This document shows, one piece after another, positions 10,489 through 22,730 of a stretch of DNA of 64,000 nucleotides. The translations under genes were made by a program, and so were the position numbers. The stretch lies in contig JAHLWZ010000291.1 in the NCBI GenBank assembly GCA_020536535.1, positions 1 through 64,000 on the forward strand, in the 5' to 3' direction. Origin of the DNA: Pelomyxa schiedti (taxonomy: Eukaryota > Protista > Evosea). Position 1 is the first letter of the stretch; each line of letters starts with the position of its first letter. Under the pieces are notes generated by a model. It had not been told where the DNA came from, ran no database searches, and saw only the letters and a list, made by a program, of their open reading frames with translations.

Positions 10489-13476
10489 TTACACCAACTT
10501 GCTGTTTGATAGTGCCGGGGACGGCGACCCCAGTGGGGGGGTGCATGATTGCGATTGAGACCAAAGTCTGAGGTTGTGAGTGAGGTTGGTGACCATGAGG
10601 GGCCCGATTGTGGGACATATGTTCTCTACCTGTCGGGCAAGTGGCCAAACCACGAACTTGATGAACGCGGACTGGCAACTTCCGGTGTTCTGCGTTGATC
10701 TTTCCATGAACGCCGAGACTGGGAGCCCGTGGAGCTTCTCGTTGTCTCCCTGGAGCGCGAATTCCTCCATCACTTTTTTCGCCCAGCTCTCGGCCATGTC
10801 CCACGGGTGGGCCGGGTTCGACACGTCGGCGGTTTTTATCAGAATCTGGAGCGCCAGAAGCCTATCTGCCTTGCTGTCAGGGTTGAATGACGAAGTCGTG
10901 AAGCTCGTTGCGAATTGGGACAGTAGTGACAAGTGCTTTGTCATGTCTGTGGCAAGAACAAGTGACACCATGATGTGATGCAGCTCCAGAATCTCATCGT
11001 TGCTGAGCTTCCCTTGCAGGAAGTTGGAATCTCCTTGCAGAAGCATGGTTACGCCCTCGGCGCAGTGCAGGCTCTCTAGGACACTCAGGCCGTTGTACCG
11101 CACAAAGAGCGGATCAAGTGTTGCCTGTAGATAGGCATTATTCACTCCTGGGTGCCTGAGGTCATGTATGAGTGCAGAAATTACAGCTGCCAGCCGCTCT
11201 AGTGCTGTGAATTTCACATTACAATCCCTGAGAAGCAAATGCATGGCGTGCGCCGTGTCGGCAGCATGATAATGGTTGTGGAAAGGGTTACTGTTATAGC
11301 CACCCTCAACTAGCCGCAGGAATCCTTGAACGATGGTTCTATCCAAGTCGAAATGGGTTATTAGACCTTGTAGTTGCATGACTGCAATGCCCATCAACTC
11401 CAGATGATACACATTTTCCGGGGGATTGACATGCCGAACATCCAGATCCCAGTCTTGAAAATCTGTGACGGTACTTTCCGGGGTGAAACTGCTTGAAATG
11501 ATTCCAATAGGATCAGATAGATGTTCCACGATTCCTCTACCTGGCTCACTGATTTTTTGTGGGGCAACGGATTTTCCTCCCCTGTACTCATCAGCAAGCA
11601 CGGAGAATAAGAAGTCACCAGCTTCTTTTTCTACATCTACTCTTGTAAGTCAAATGCAGGTGAATGGCAATAGTACTCACTCATGTCTTGCAGCTTTTTT
11701 CGGAACCCGGGTTCCACTTTAAAAAGCTTATTTGCAGTAATTAAGGCTATGACTTTTCCCAACTCTTCTCTGAGGATGCTTGACATTCGCGCGGAAATTT
11801 GCACCTCTATTAATGTCTTTATAGCCTCTTCTGCCGGAGTTCCAATTAATTCATTTGATGTAACTGTTCCTATTGTAGCTTCGAGCATGTGAACTTTGTT
11901 CTGCATATTCAAGTGCTGTAGTATGAACGCTACAGTGAAGACAGAGCACAGTACGAACATCGGCACGATAACAGAGATCGATATCACCTTTGGGAGATTA
12001 CTTTCTAGAAAAAGTTAGCTGGATGTGGGAATGAGGAATACTACTCTTTGTAGGGAATGCATCTGCCCTCAGACAAAAAAACCAAAGCTTCCAGCCAAGC
12101 CTAATTGTTTGATGAAATACTATATAGTCTTGGCCGTTAATTACAGTATCCACATATTCTGAGGGAGCCAAAGACAGCTTGGAAATCTCAACAGAATTAG
12201 ATGTTACTTATGCACGTCAAGAGGATACCCAGATCAAATCCGGACTAAGTGAAAATACATTACAGAGATCATTTTCACAGCCACCCCAGAGGGTAGTAAT
12301 TGTAGAATCAGGTGTTGCAACAACGGCTCCGCTCTCCTGAGTCATTATCGAAAGAACTGTTACTACAAGGTATCTCAGCGGCTTACACAACGAAATTCCA
12401 TACTACCTGGGGAATCTGCTGTAACATTCAAGAACTGCTGTTTTGCATATTCCATTGCCAAATCTACATTGAGGCTCCCGAGGTATTCCCCTTTTTTACT
12501 CCATATTGGCACACCACAACTTACCATGGCCATCGATCTAAGTTTTGTCAACTGAAATCCGCTTTACAAATAGGGGAAACCTGTAAGAGTTCCAAGACGG
12601 GGGACTCCAGATGGCAGTTCTATTATAGGTATTCATGCCTTCAGTCATCCAAGCAGCGTAATACCCAACTTCATCAGCTCCAAAAAAAGCTGTTCTGTTC
12701 AATGGCGTGAAACTGTATATACCAGTGTCTAGTGACCAAGGCATTACCGCCCACGCTCGCACAGATTGCCTCACCGGTTTGTCTGACGAGCTCTTCCTCC
12801 AAGACCGAGCCCAAATCCATCCTGATACAAAAGGATTGAATGGCGCCAAGCTTTCTATGACAGGAGACAACTTCTCGGTTGCCCGGTACATATACAGTGT
12901 CTGACATGCAACTGCACAGCTTACACACAGCTCTTGACCTCTATTCGCAGCTGAAGAATTGCACATTGCCTCCCATTCCTCTATGCATTCATCACTAAGA
13001 CTTCCTCCCAGAGTCTCATTGAGTGATGGATCAGTGCTGTTATCAAAAGTGGCCCAGTTCAGAGAAAACTCAGAGAGCCTCCACGGATTGGCATCAGCAA
13101 GCCCTGGTACAAGTCCACTGATGTATGTCAAGTCAGAAAGGTGCATCTTTTCATCCAATCCTGTGGTTACCAGTTTTTCCGCTTGAGAAGCGGCTATTTC
13201 TACTGTCTGTGAGACTATAAGAAACCCTGGGGTATATAACCAGGAATTAGTTTTGTTTAGTTACCCTTGTTATTCCTGAGTAAGTCTCGTCAATAGTGTT
13301 TGTGGCCTGTATGACGCAACTCTCCATGCTTCTGAGCTCTCTTTAAGAGCATGAGGGAATGAAAGTCTCAAACAACAGACCAAACTTTCACACCTGAACG
13401 TGGCCTGTGCAATTGCCCATGACGTCAAAAGCACCACGACGCCCCTCCACAACCCACAGGCACCAAAACCTATCAT
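10489..13476 (-). CDS. Class I 3',5'-cyclic nucleotide phosphodiesterase with signal/TM segments and an extracellular Cache-like region
   Basis: Catalytic motifs FHNHYHAADTAH, IHDLRHPGVNN, LESLH, LATDM, KTADVSN, EEFALQGD. TM helix ISISVIVPMFVLCSVFTVAFIL. Hydrophobic N-terminus MIGFGACGLWRGVVVLL. Confidence 0.88.
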
Positions 13477-13558
13477 TTTTTTTTTTGCTTGTCGGGTTGC
13501 TACCTGGAATGTTGTCCACTTTGCCTTCCTCTTTGGATCCAACAGCGATATCGGCGAA

Positions 13559-13625
13559 CGGAGATTGGGGAATCGAACCGACATTGAGATTCGACCATCT
13601 TTGACCAGCTGTGCCAACTGTCTCC
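13559..13625 (-). other. Degenerate tRNA-like element with A box and B box in a divergent promoter
   Basis: The minus strand reads GGAGA..TGGCACAGCTGG (A box)..GGTTCGATTCC (B box)..TCTCC-G. The T-stem is weak and there is no T-run terminator. Confidence 0.45.
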
Positions 13626-13793
13626 TTTTGGGAACTACAGCTCAATCAAAAATCATCAACTGCTTCCAAGTTTTGTCGTTTCGCAGTTCAGTGCACAGCA
13701 CCCCCCTGAAGTGACGCGCTCCATTTGTCCAGAACTAGTTCCTCAGTGCGGCTTTCCACTGCCGGTTTGAAAAATAAGCCAAAAAGAAATAAT

Positions 13794-16140
13794 ATGCCGT
13801 TGCGGCGTCAAGGTACATCGGGTAAACCTGCCACTACCTCCAGCACAACCCATAATTCCAAGCCACCTCCACCCGCACCCAAAACCACGAAGCCAACACC
13901 CCCAGCATCCAAGCCAAAGCCACAAGCCTCTGCAGCTACTGCCACAACCAAGGGCGCCTCTCCCAAGGCCCAGCCACCGCCACCGCGGGGGGGCGGGGGC
14001 GGCGCCTCCCAGCGTGTGCCCGTGGCCTGGCCCACGATGACGTGGACCAGCGCGCTGGGGATCCGCGAGCCCGCCCACAAAGAACGCCGCGGCGACATCC
14101 CGTACGAGAGGCGCCGGGGGCTGAGCGACGCGCGGGCGGCCAAGGTCGCGGCGGCCTGCGCCCGCAGCCCCGCGGCGGCCCCCAACGCGCTCAGCATGGC
14201 CGTCCACATGTCGCGGCTTGCCGAGGCCGAGGCCCGCCGCCCCGCCTGGGGCCCCATGCGGGGCCCCTACTACCAAAACTGCTGGGCGGTGCCCTACGGG
14301 CTGCTCGACGGGCGCGGGGCGGGGGCCGGGGGCACCCGCGCCCTGCCGCTCGTCCCCGAGGGGGAGAAGGTGTGCGCAGAGGCGGTGGAGGTCATGAAGG
14401 GGTTCAGCATGCACAGGCCGCCGTTTGATAGCGACGATTGGTATCCCTTTTTCAAGGAGCCTGAGTGCTGCAGGCCAGACACGTCTGGGCTTCCTCCACT
14501 GACTGTAGGTCTTTCAGTTTCAGTTGCAAGTTCGACTCAGTTTTTTTTTTTTTTTTTTGCCCAAAGGAATCACAAATGAAATATGTTGAAAACAGAATAA
14601 AATGGACTCGCAAAAGATCATGTATTGACTGGGCCCAAGGCCTGCTAAGTAAGGGTTACCATACAGTCCTCCTGTCAAAAGCATGCACCGTGTCCTGGTC
14701 AATGTGGTACACTGGCCAGTATCTTTCTAATATGCGAGAAACACCAGCGGCGAAGCTAATTTACCGTGCGTTTAAATCCTTCCAATTTCAGCTTCATTTT
14801 ATGTGAAAATAAGGATCTGGCAGGGCTATAGCCAATTGTTTAATGGCTTTTCTTTGTGGGGCACACCCCCGCAGTGGCAAGAATAGCTTCTTGCGCCCCC
14901 TTGGACCACATCTGCTACATTACATCGTGTCACTGCTCCCCCTTTGCTGGGTTTCTGGTGATACATGGGACGGTCTAAATAGAGAACCACCAGAGAACTC
15001 TTTCCAGAAGGCTTTGGAGTGCAACGAGAGTCTCCCAAGTTCTAGAGAAGAGCTCTCAATCACAGCATTTGGGAATTTTTCTGCAACAGAGATGCATTCT
15101 GATGACTGCTTTTCTGCGTGTTAGTGCAACCACTTAATTTCACAGCCTCATTTCATTCTCTTTTTCTACAGTAATATCGGCCTATGCTCTCATGTATCAA
15201 TACGGACCCTGGATTGATTTAGAATCCTTCATTAGAAGTGTTGGTATGTCTCCTCCTTATTAAAACTCCATATTACCGCACACAAAGAAGCCGGAAACAT
15301 TGGGAATTTGAAGTGTTATGCCTTTTTTTCAAGTGGTGCCTATGCTCATACTCCACAAGAGAGGTTTATGGCCATTCGACTCTGTGAAACCCTCTTTGGT
15401 GTTACCTCCGAAGAAGAAGAAAGTGAAGTAATGTAAGGCGTAGTTGTACTCTCGTGCTCAATATTATAGTTTAGGAAGTGTTTTACTGGGGATGGGCTGG
15501 TTAGAATGGCAAATGGAACAACTAAGTTAGCTATTTCCCTTCTTTTTATTTGATAACCACAAAAAGGCGAGTTTGTGATATCTCTGTTGGAGATTATGTA
15601 AAAACAGAATCCGGCGTTAAGGTTATATGTAAGATTGAAAGGAAAGAAGTTTGCGCTTCTATTCCTATGTGCGAACTTTCTGGTGTTTGGCTTACTCCTG
15701 GCCACCCTGTATTTATTGTAGTACCCCCGCACTGTTTTTCTCCTCCTAAATCCGAAAAAGGAAGGAGCCTGGATCCATCCCTTCGAACTTGTACCGGTCG
15801 TTTCCAAGTATGTCACTCATTTGTACAACTTCGAGCTCTCTGGGGGTCCTTTTGCACAAGACCATTCCCTCTGGATCAACGAACTACTAGTAAGTCCTCT
15901 CTCTGCTACCCAATCAATGGAGCCCCTCCCATAATCACCCCGCACCCACAGGTCTGCACCCTTGGCAAAGACTGCGGCGAGAGGATCGTCACAGGCTGGC
16001 CCAAGGCCAACGAACGAGCAGGGACCGGGTACTGGCGATCAGGGCACTCCCAATGGCTGCGCTCAATGCACCTCATGCTCTCCCCCTCAATACCGAATCA
16101 GCTTGGCACGCCTCGTGTGCCAAAAATAGCAGCTTTCTGA
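13794..16140 (+). CDS. Hypothetical protein with a C-terminal Vint-type Hint (autoprocessing) domain
   Basis: Spliced reading FRK|CFTGDGLVRMANGTTKRVCDISVGDYV...VWLTPGHPVF...WIHP...LYNFEL...DHSLWINELLVCTLG. Cys1 is at 15479. Confidence 0.8.
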
Positions 16141-16237
16141 GACTTTGTAATTTTTCATCAATTTGTCAGCTTGGTGCGCCATGCGGCATGGGAGGCACAT
16201 GTTGCCGGCAGAAAATTGGGAAAAAAAAAAAACCAGG

Positions 16238-17955
16238 ATGACGGAAGGGGCCAACAAAGGGGCCGGAAGTGCGACAGTGGCGAAGACATCGACGGTGGAT
16301 CTGGGGGCTGTTGGCGCTGCTGCGACGAGGGGAATGCCAGATCCGGCGTGTGACGATGCGAATGTTCAGCAGTTGCCAACCAGGCATAAGCGGCGGCCGT
16401 CGCACCAGGTCTACATGGAAGCCGCGAAACAATCGCGTGGGGGCGGCAACGACAGCGACAGCGATTACGATTACGACCGCCATTCCAAGGACGACGAGGA
16501 CGAGGATGAAGACGACGGCGCCGCTGACGACGAAGACGACGAGGATTACGTGAACGAGGAGGGACGGGGCACGAGGGGAAGGCACCGCGGAAAGAGGGCA
16601 ACACGACGCAAAGGACAAGAACGCAGGAGAGAGAACCTGGGCAAGGGGAAAAAGACAAAGCACCATTTTCAGACACCCCCGCCTGCACCCCAGACACAAC
16701 ACCAACAATTCCCACAACAAGCACAACTGAATCAGCAGCAAATCCACGCCAACACGCAAATGCAAATGCAGATGAGAGGTGGCCTTGCAACTCCGTTCTC
16801 GTTTTTGTACCCCAAGGTGGAAGCTGCCCCTATGTACTGTTTGCCATCTGGCTTAGCTTTTGATGTGGTCTCGTCCCCTTCTATTTTTGTGGTCTACAGT
16901 GAACTGACTAAAGTCGAGCAATGAGTTAATATGTGAACCTGATAAGACATGGATACTGGATACAGGAGGAGTGATTTATAAATAATGGTGGCATCTGGTG
17001 CTCATTCATCTCATTGTACTTGTTATAGTCAAACAATTTTGATGGCGTAATTCGGCTGTGCCAAGCTGTGGCAGCATACATCAGTGCAACAAATCAGCAT
17101 AAAATTGACTGGAATACCATATCTGCTAACCTTCCCTGGAAACCCAAGTGACTGAGTGCATTCTGTGTACTCAACTTTACTCATATTACGCAACAGTGAA
17201 TGCCAAGCAATTTGGCGTTATCTGGCATACATGTGGAGACCCGATCAGGTGTCACCTGGAGTGTTTTTGGTGCGCCTATTTGATATTCTCCTCCAAATAT
17301 TATTTATTGGATTCTCATCTCACTTAGAACACTGGATTCATTGATGAAGAAACAGATGAAGAGTCAATATCTCAGAAAGGCAGAAGCTATGCTCAAGTAC
17401 CGGTTTTTCAATATGTAGATCCCAGAGAAGCAGCTTCCCCACCCAAACCGGTACTAATTCGAATCAACTCTGTTGCATCTAAGTTGAATAGAAGAGGAGA
17501 AGAAAACTCTGGGTGAAGGAGGAAGACCTGGAGCTCTTGCGTGCTGTTGAACAATTCGGGGAAGGTTATTCCCTATTCTTAATGGTGTTATCCTTATTAA
17601 TTGTAGGGAACTGGTCAACTGTGGCCAGGCACGTACTGTCCTTGAAACGAACACCCACACAAATGAGTGCACGATGGTTGACACTAAAGAAAAATGTACT
17701 GTATCCACTTCTTAGGGTTAGCCTTTAGGCCTTTATCAACACCACAGTTCAAGAAGCGATCACTGGATGAAACTACAATGGCCATGATGGAAAGCCTAGC
17801 AAGGAAGACAGCCAATGTCTACACCAATGTAAGCGTTCTCAGTGAGCAGTGAATCACTCCCTGGCATACCCCCCACTTCCTTACTTGAAAGAGTTTACCT
17901 TCCTTTGCAGCTGCTTCCAGCTCCCTCAAATGTAAAGGAAAGTAAACGGAATTAA
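16238..17955 (+). CDS. Myb/SANT-domain DNA-binding protein (DRMY1/TRF-like architecture)
   Basis: KIDWNTISANLPWKP..ECQAIWRYLAY and W-KEEDLELLRAVEQFGEG-NWSTVARHV..RTPTQMSARW. Acidic, basic and Q-rich N-terminus. Confidence 0.75.
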
Positions 17956-18104
17956 ACTCGGTTCGTTGATTAAAACGACTAGAACAAAGAAGTAAAAAGA
18001 AACTTCGCCACGACGCGGAATGACAAGACGGGGAACGTGATCGTAGAGATTTGGCACCTTCTTCTAAGTTCTAAATTCTAGAGAAAAGACAAAAAAAAAA
18101 ACAA

Positions 18105-20477
18105 ATGTCCTCAGCCACACGCCGATCGCGCAAGACCAAGGCCACCAACGCCGACAGCGACACATCTCCCAATCCCAGCAAGTCCAAGACATCTTCGGCC
18201 CGCAGTCGCAGCCGCAGCCGCAGCCGCAGCAGGAGCAGTAGCCCGGGCAGCGAGAAGCCGATTGTGAGTGGAGGTGGAGGCGGAGGGGGCGCCCGATCCG
18301 CGTCGCGATCCAGGAGCCGCAGCAAGAGCAGGAGCAGGAGCAGGAGCGCAAGTGGGAGTCCCGCACGTAAACCCACCAAGGGAAAAGCGAGGCGCCGCTC
18401 CCCGTCCCCCAAGGCCAAAGCAAGCCGGAGCCACAGCAGGAGCAGGAGCAGGAGCAGGAGCGTGAGCAGGAGTAAGAGTAGGAGTAGGAGCAGGAGCAAT
18501 AGCGCAAGCGAGGGCAAGAGGAAAACGCGCGGTGGAGCAGGGAAAGGCAAGGGCAAGGGGAAGGGTAAGGGGAAAGGGAGGGCCAGCGGCGGTGGGTCGC
18601 CGTCTCCGTCTCCGTCTCCGTCTCCGTCGCCGTCGAGGTCGCCGAGCCCACCTAGGGTTAAATCCCCAGTGAAGCCCAGCGCTGCTGCGACCGTCGTCGT
18701 TCCCGCCACCGCGTCGGCCTCTGTGACGACCGCTAGCAGGAAGAAGCCCAGTGGCAGTAAGAGCAGCAGCAGCAAGAGTGGCAGTGGCAGCCCAGGCCCG
18801 AAGGGCCGTGCTCCAAAGCGCGGCGTCGTGTTGGACACTGAACCGGCTTCTCTTCCTTCTTCCTCAAAGGTTACTGCCCCTACACCCTCGAGGAAAGCCC
18901 GAAGTCGCAGTTCGTCAGATAGTGCTGGCCCTGATTCTAGGGCAAAGAAACCAGCAAAGAAATCAGGAAAACGTGCACCATCCTCTGGAAGTGAAGGAGA
19001 CCCCCCAGTAATAGAGTACGGGCGTTTTTCTTCTGATTTTGTATTCATTTGTTCTAGGTCACTGAACCCAGCAAAACCAAAGGGCACCAAACCCAAAGAC
19101 GTACTTCAATCTACTTCCACACTAAAAAGTCACACTTATTGCAGGCGATGACAAAGTTGGTTAAAGTATGGCATGCACCCCTTCGGTCATTCAAGGTTTT
19201 TCTCCAAAATAAACAGCAAGGTTCTCCAAATTGAATCAAATCTAGAAAAAAGTGACAATTGGACCTTCCACGAGTACTTTTAATTTCTCTAGTCCTGCTG
19301 GTGTTTTTGTTGCTGCCTGGGGTACTGTTTTTTTTACAGAGCAAGGTGGTCACCGAGTGTTATCCATTCAACAAGAAGGTTCTAATTTTCATAAAAAACC
19401 TATCGTATCTAATGTCTTGCCACAGGCTTAGTTATCGTTATTGCTGGGACAGGAACCCGTGGTTTTAAAGATGGAAAGTGTGAAGAAGCTCTTTTCAATT
19501 CTCCTACAGGTTTTGTTCACAGTTTAAACAGCTCTATTCTTAGTGCGCCACAGGGATCACTGTAGCTACCCGGTCCGATATCTATATTGCCGATTCAGGG
19601 AATAACGTAATCAGGAAGATATCAGCAGGTTTCGTTCACTCATCAAGACACAACGGTTAATTTCGACCAGGTCAAGTCACAACTCTAGCTGGTAGTGGTA
19701 CTCGTGGTTCTAGAGACGGCCCTTCTGCTGAGGCGCAATTCAACACTCCAAGGGGTATTGCGCTAGATGAAACAGCCGGTATCTTGTATGTCTCTGATGA
19801 CCACTCAATTCGCCGAGTAAGGATCGACAATGGTACTCATTGCACTCAAAACGAAGTAAGGCAGAGGTGACAAATTAAAAAGGAAATGTGGAAACAATTG
19901 CGGGAAGCTCGTTGGATGGCTGGTCAACAAAACCGGGTGTAGATGCACGGTTTTCAACACCAACAAGCATAGCACTGTTAAACAGTAACACTTTGCTAAT
20001 CACCGATACCACAAACCACCTTATCCGAGCTCTCAATATTACTGACGGTATGGTTTTTGCATTTTATATTTTACTTTGTCTAAAACAAACAAGGAACATC
20101 TACAGTCTTCTGTGGCACAGGGCACCCTGGTTTCCTCATTCTTGAGGTTCTCTCCATCTAAACTAATGAAGGTCACATCGATGGCAAACTGGCTGATGCC
20201 AAGTTCTGTTACCCAAGGGGGATTGCTGTGAGCTCTGTTAGTGGTGACATATTTGTTTCTGAAGCTTCTGGTACCATACGCAAAATTAGGGAACACCGTG
20301 GTGTGTTTTTGTTTTTAGTTGCTTGGTGTTGGCTTTGACTTGACACTGTTTGCAGATGGACTAAAAGTAAAAACTTTGGAAGTTGGATTTGGCAGCACAT
20401 TTGGCGTTGCTGTGAACAAAACTGGCAACATTTTCTGCTCAGAACCAGAACACAACTCCATTACTTTTGTGTACTAA
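18105..20477 (+). CDS. RS-rich, single-TM, NHL-repeat beta-propeller protein
   Basis: RS, GK and SP dipeptide repeats; TM VLLISLVLLVFLLLPGVLFFL; NHL repeats (FNSPTGI..IYIADSGNNVIRKI, LAGSGTRGSRDG..AQFNTPRGIA, ITDTTNHLIRAL). Confidence 0.8.
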
Positions 20478-20617
20478 TGTAATTTGCCAGTTGCCAACTT
20501 TCAAAAAAAAGAAATTAAGTTCTGTAACGCATCCCAATTCACTATTCGCCCTACAGTACTGTGGCCAAGGGAAATTCCAGACGAAAGTAACTTCCCCTTC
20601 TGTTTTTTTTAAAATCA

Positions 20618-22637
20618 ATGGACTCGGAAAGTGTGTGTGAGAAGTATCAAGAGGTTTTTGTTAGGCCTGGGGATGGCCGCGGGGCACCTTTGTTGGGAGT
20701 TACAGCGCCGGGCAGAGTGAATTTAATTGGTGAGTGTGTGCCCGCTCCGTGGCGAATTGTGGGTCCTGTGGTGACAGTGAGTTTGATGGACTTGTAGGAG
20801 AGCACATCGACTACTGCGGTTATGGAGTGCTGGTTTGTGATCCCATAAGTGATTGACTTGTAGTAGTTGATATTTAGCACGTTCTTTAGCCTTTTGCTTT
20901 GGAGCAGAATACCTTCATTGTTTGTGGGCTCAATGGTGGTTCCACACTCGAAATACACAATTTGGATAATGAACGATTCCCTCCAAGGAGTGTTTCTCTT
21001 GCCTCACTTATGCAAACTAGCTCTGGTATCCCAACCCTTTCAACAAACCAAAAATACCAACCCTTTAAATTAATAAAAAGAATGCTTTGCCACCCACCAC
21101 TGGACAAACTACATCATTGCTGGATTCAAAGTACGCTTACTTTCTTGTGGACACCTTCCTCCACAAATTTTTCATAGGGTGCAATGGAGGCTACACCAAC
21201 AGTTATTCCCTTGGGAATCAACATGATGGTGAGAGGAAAGGTGCCAATTGGTGCAGGTTTATCCAGTTCAAGCAGTCTTGTCGTGGCTGGCGCCCTGGTT
21301 GCAGTGTACATGCACCACTTAGAAGAAACAATATCAAAGGTTTCTTCTTAAATCAGGTTTTTTTAACATTCTTTTCAGACGGCATTGGCCAGCCTATGCG
21401 CCACTGCTGAGCATTATATTGGAACCATTGGTGGGGGGTATGCTTTTTCATCCCAGATAGATTTATAACACCTGAAGAATGGACCAGGCGATATCTCTGT
21501 TAGCAGAGAAAGGCTCCGCTAAGTACATTGGATTCCACCCCAATTTACACACAGAAAACGTTTCTCTTCCTAATAAGTGAGTTCTCCCATTTTTATACTT
21601 GTTGCTAGTTTGACCCTTTGAACAGTGCTGTGTTCGTGATAGTCAATAGCCTCGTGGAGTCCGATAAATACAAAAGTGCAACTACATGTTACAATATGAG
21701 GTTTTTCAACTCCTTTCCAACTAAGCATAATTTGAGGAAAAGGGTTACCGAGTGTACACTGGCTGCAGCTGTACTTGCCCATTGTTTGGGGATTCCACCT
21801 CTAGCCAACAATAAAAATCATCGACTTATCGACATTCAACATGAACATTTCGATTTGGCAGAAATGCCTTCGAATGTTACAAGATACCTTCATCGGGAGC
21901 CCTATTCTATTGAAGAAATTTCCTCGATTTTGGGGCTGAGTGTGCGTGATTTCTCTTCTTTTTATTGCCTCCCATAATCCCGCAGAGAGAAGATGTCGTA
22001 GCCAAGTTTATGAGAGTGGTTGTAGAAGGCAATGCATTTGAGTTGCACAAGCGTGCAATGCACGTTTACACAGAAGCTCAGAGGGTGCTAAGCTTCAAAG
22101 AAATTTGCACAAATAGGAATGCAGAAGCCACCCCAAATAAAACCCAAGTTTGTTTTCAAAGCCGAAGTATCTCTGCTGATCTCTTTTAAGATGCTAGGCT
22201 CACTTATGTATGAAAGCCATGCCAGCTGCAAGGACCTCTATGCCTGCAGGTAAGTTATCCAAAGCAGTTTCCCAATCCGTTTACACCTCAACAGTTGCCC
22301 GGAACTGGACACCATAGTAGAAACCCTCAGGTACATCTCCATTTCTCTACCCTAATGTCTGTCTATAGTCACACAAAAACCCACATGTTTAACTCCACAC
22401 CCAAACCTCACCCCCAAATCAAGCCATACAATCCTCACCCATAATTCCACCCCCACCAGGAACTCCGGAGCATGTGGAGCCCGGCTGACCGGAGCCGGGT
22501 GGGGCGGCTGCTGCGTGGCTCTATTAGATTCCCCCGAGGCCGCGCGTTGCTGTGCCGACTTGTGTAATTCCACGCACCCCGGCTGTTCCTTCGTTACCAG
22601 CCCAGCCCAAGGCGCCTCTGCAATCTGGTTCGCGTAA
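20618..22637 (+). CDS. Galactokinase / N-acetylgalactosamine kinase (GHMP family, eukaryotic GALK2/Gal1-like)
   Basis: APGRVNLIGEHIDY, VPIGAGLSSSS, GTIGGGMDQ, RAMHVYTEAQRV, GARLTGAGWGGC. Confidence 0.92.
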
Positions 22638-22730
22638 CGACGAGGTGTTGCCTTTTGAAAAGAAAGGAATTCCTTTTTCGTTGTTGGCTTGTTTGGCAAT
22701 TAAAAAAATCGAGGGGATAGGCACACAGAG

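Noticed and set aside
15479-16140. Calling the Hint domain a true intein or a Hedgehog protein
   Set aside because: No C-terminal HN-[CST], no endonuclease, no split conserved host protein, and no Hedge domain or signal peptide.
18064-19096. Long minus-strand ORFs (341 aa, 195 aa) rich in LLLR/CSCS
   Set aside because: Antisense shadows of the RS/GK/SP repeats of the plus-strand gene.
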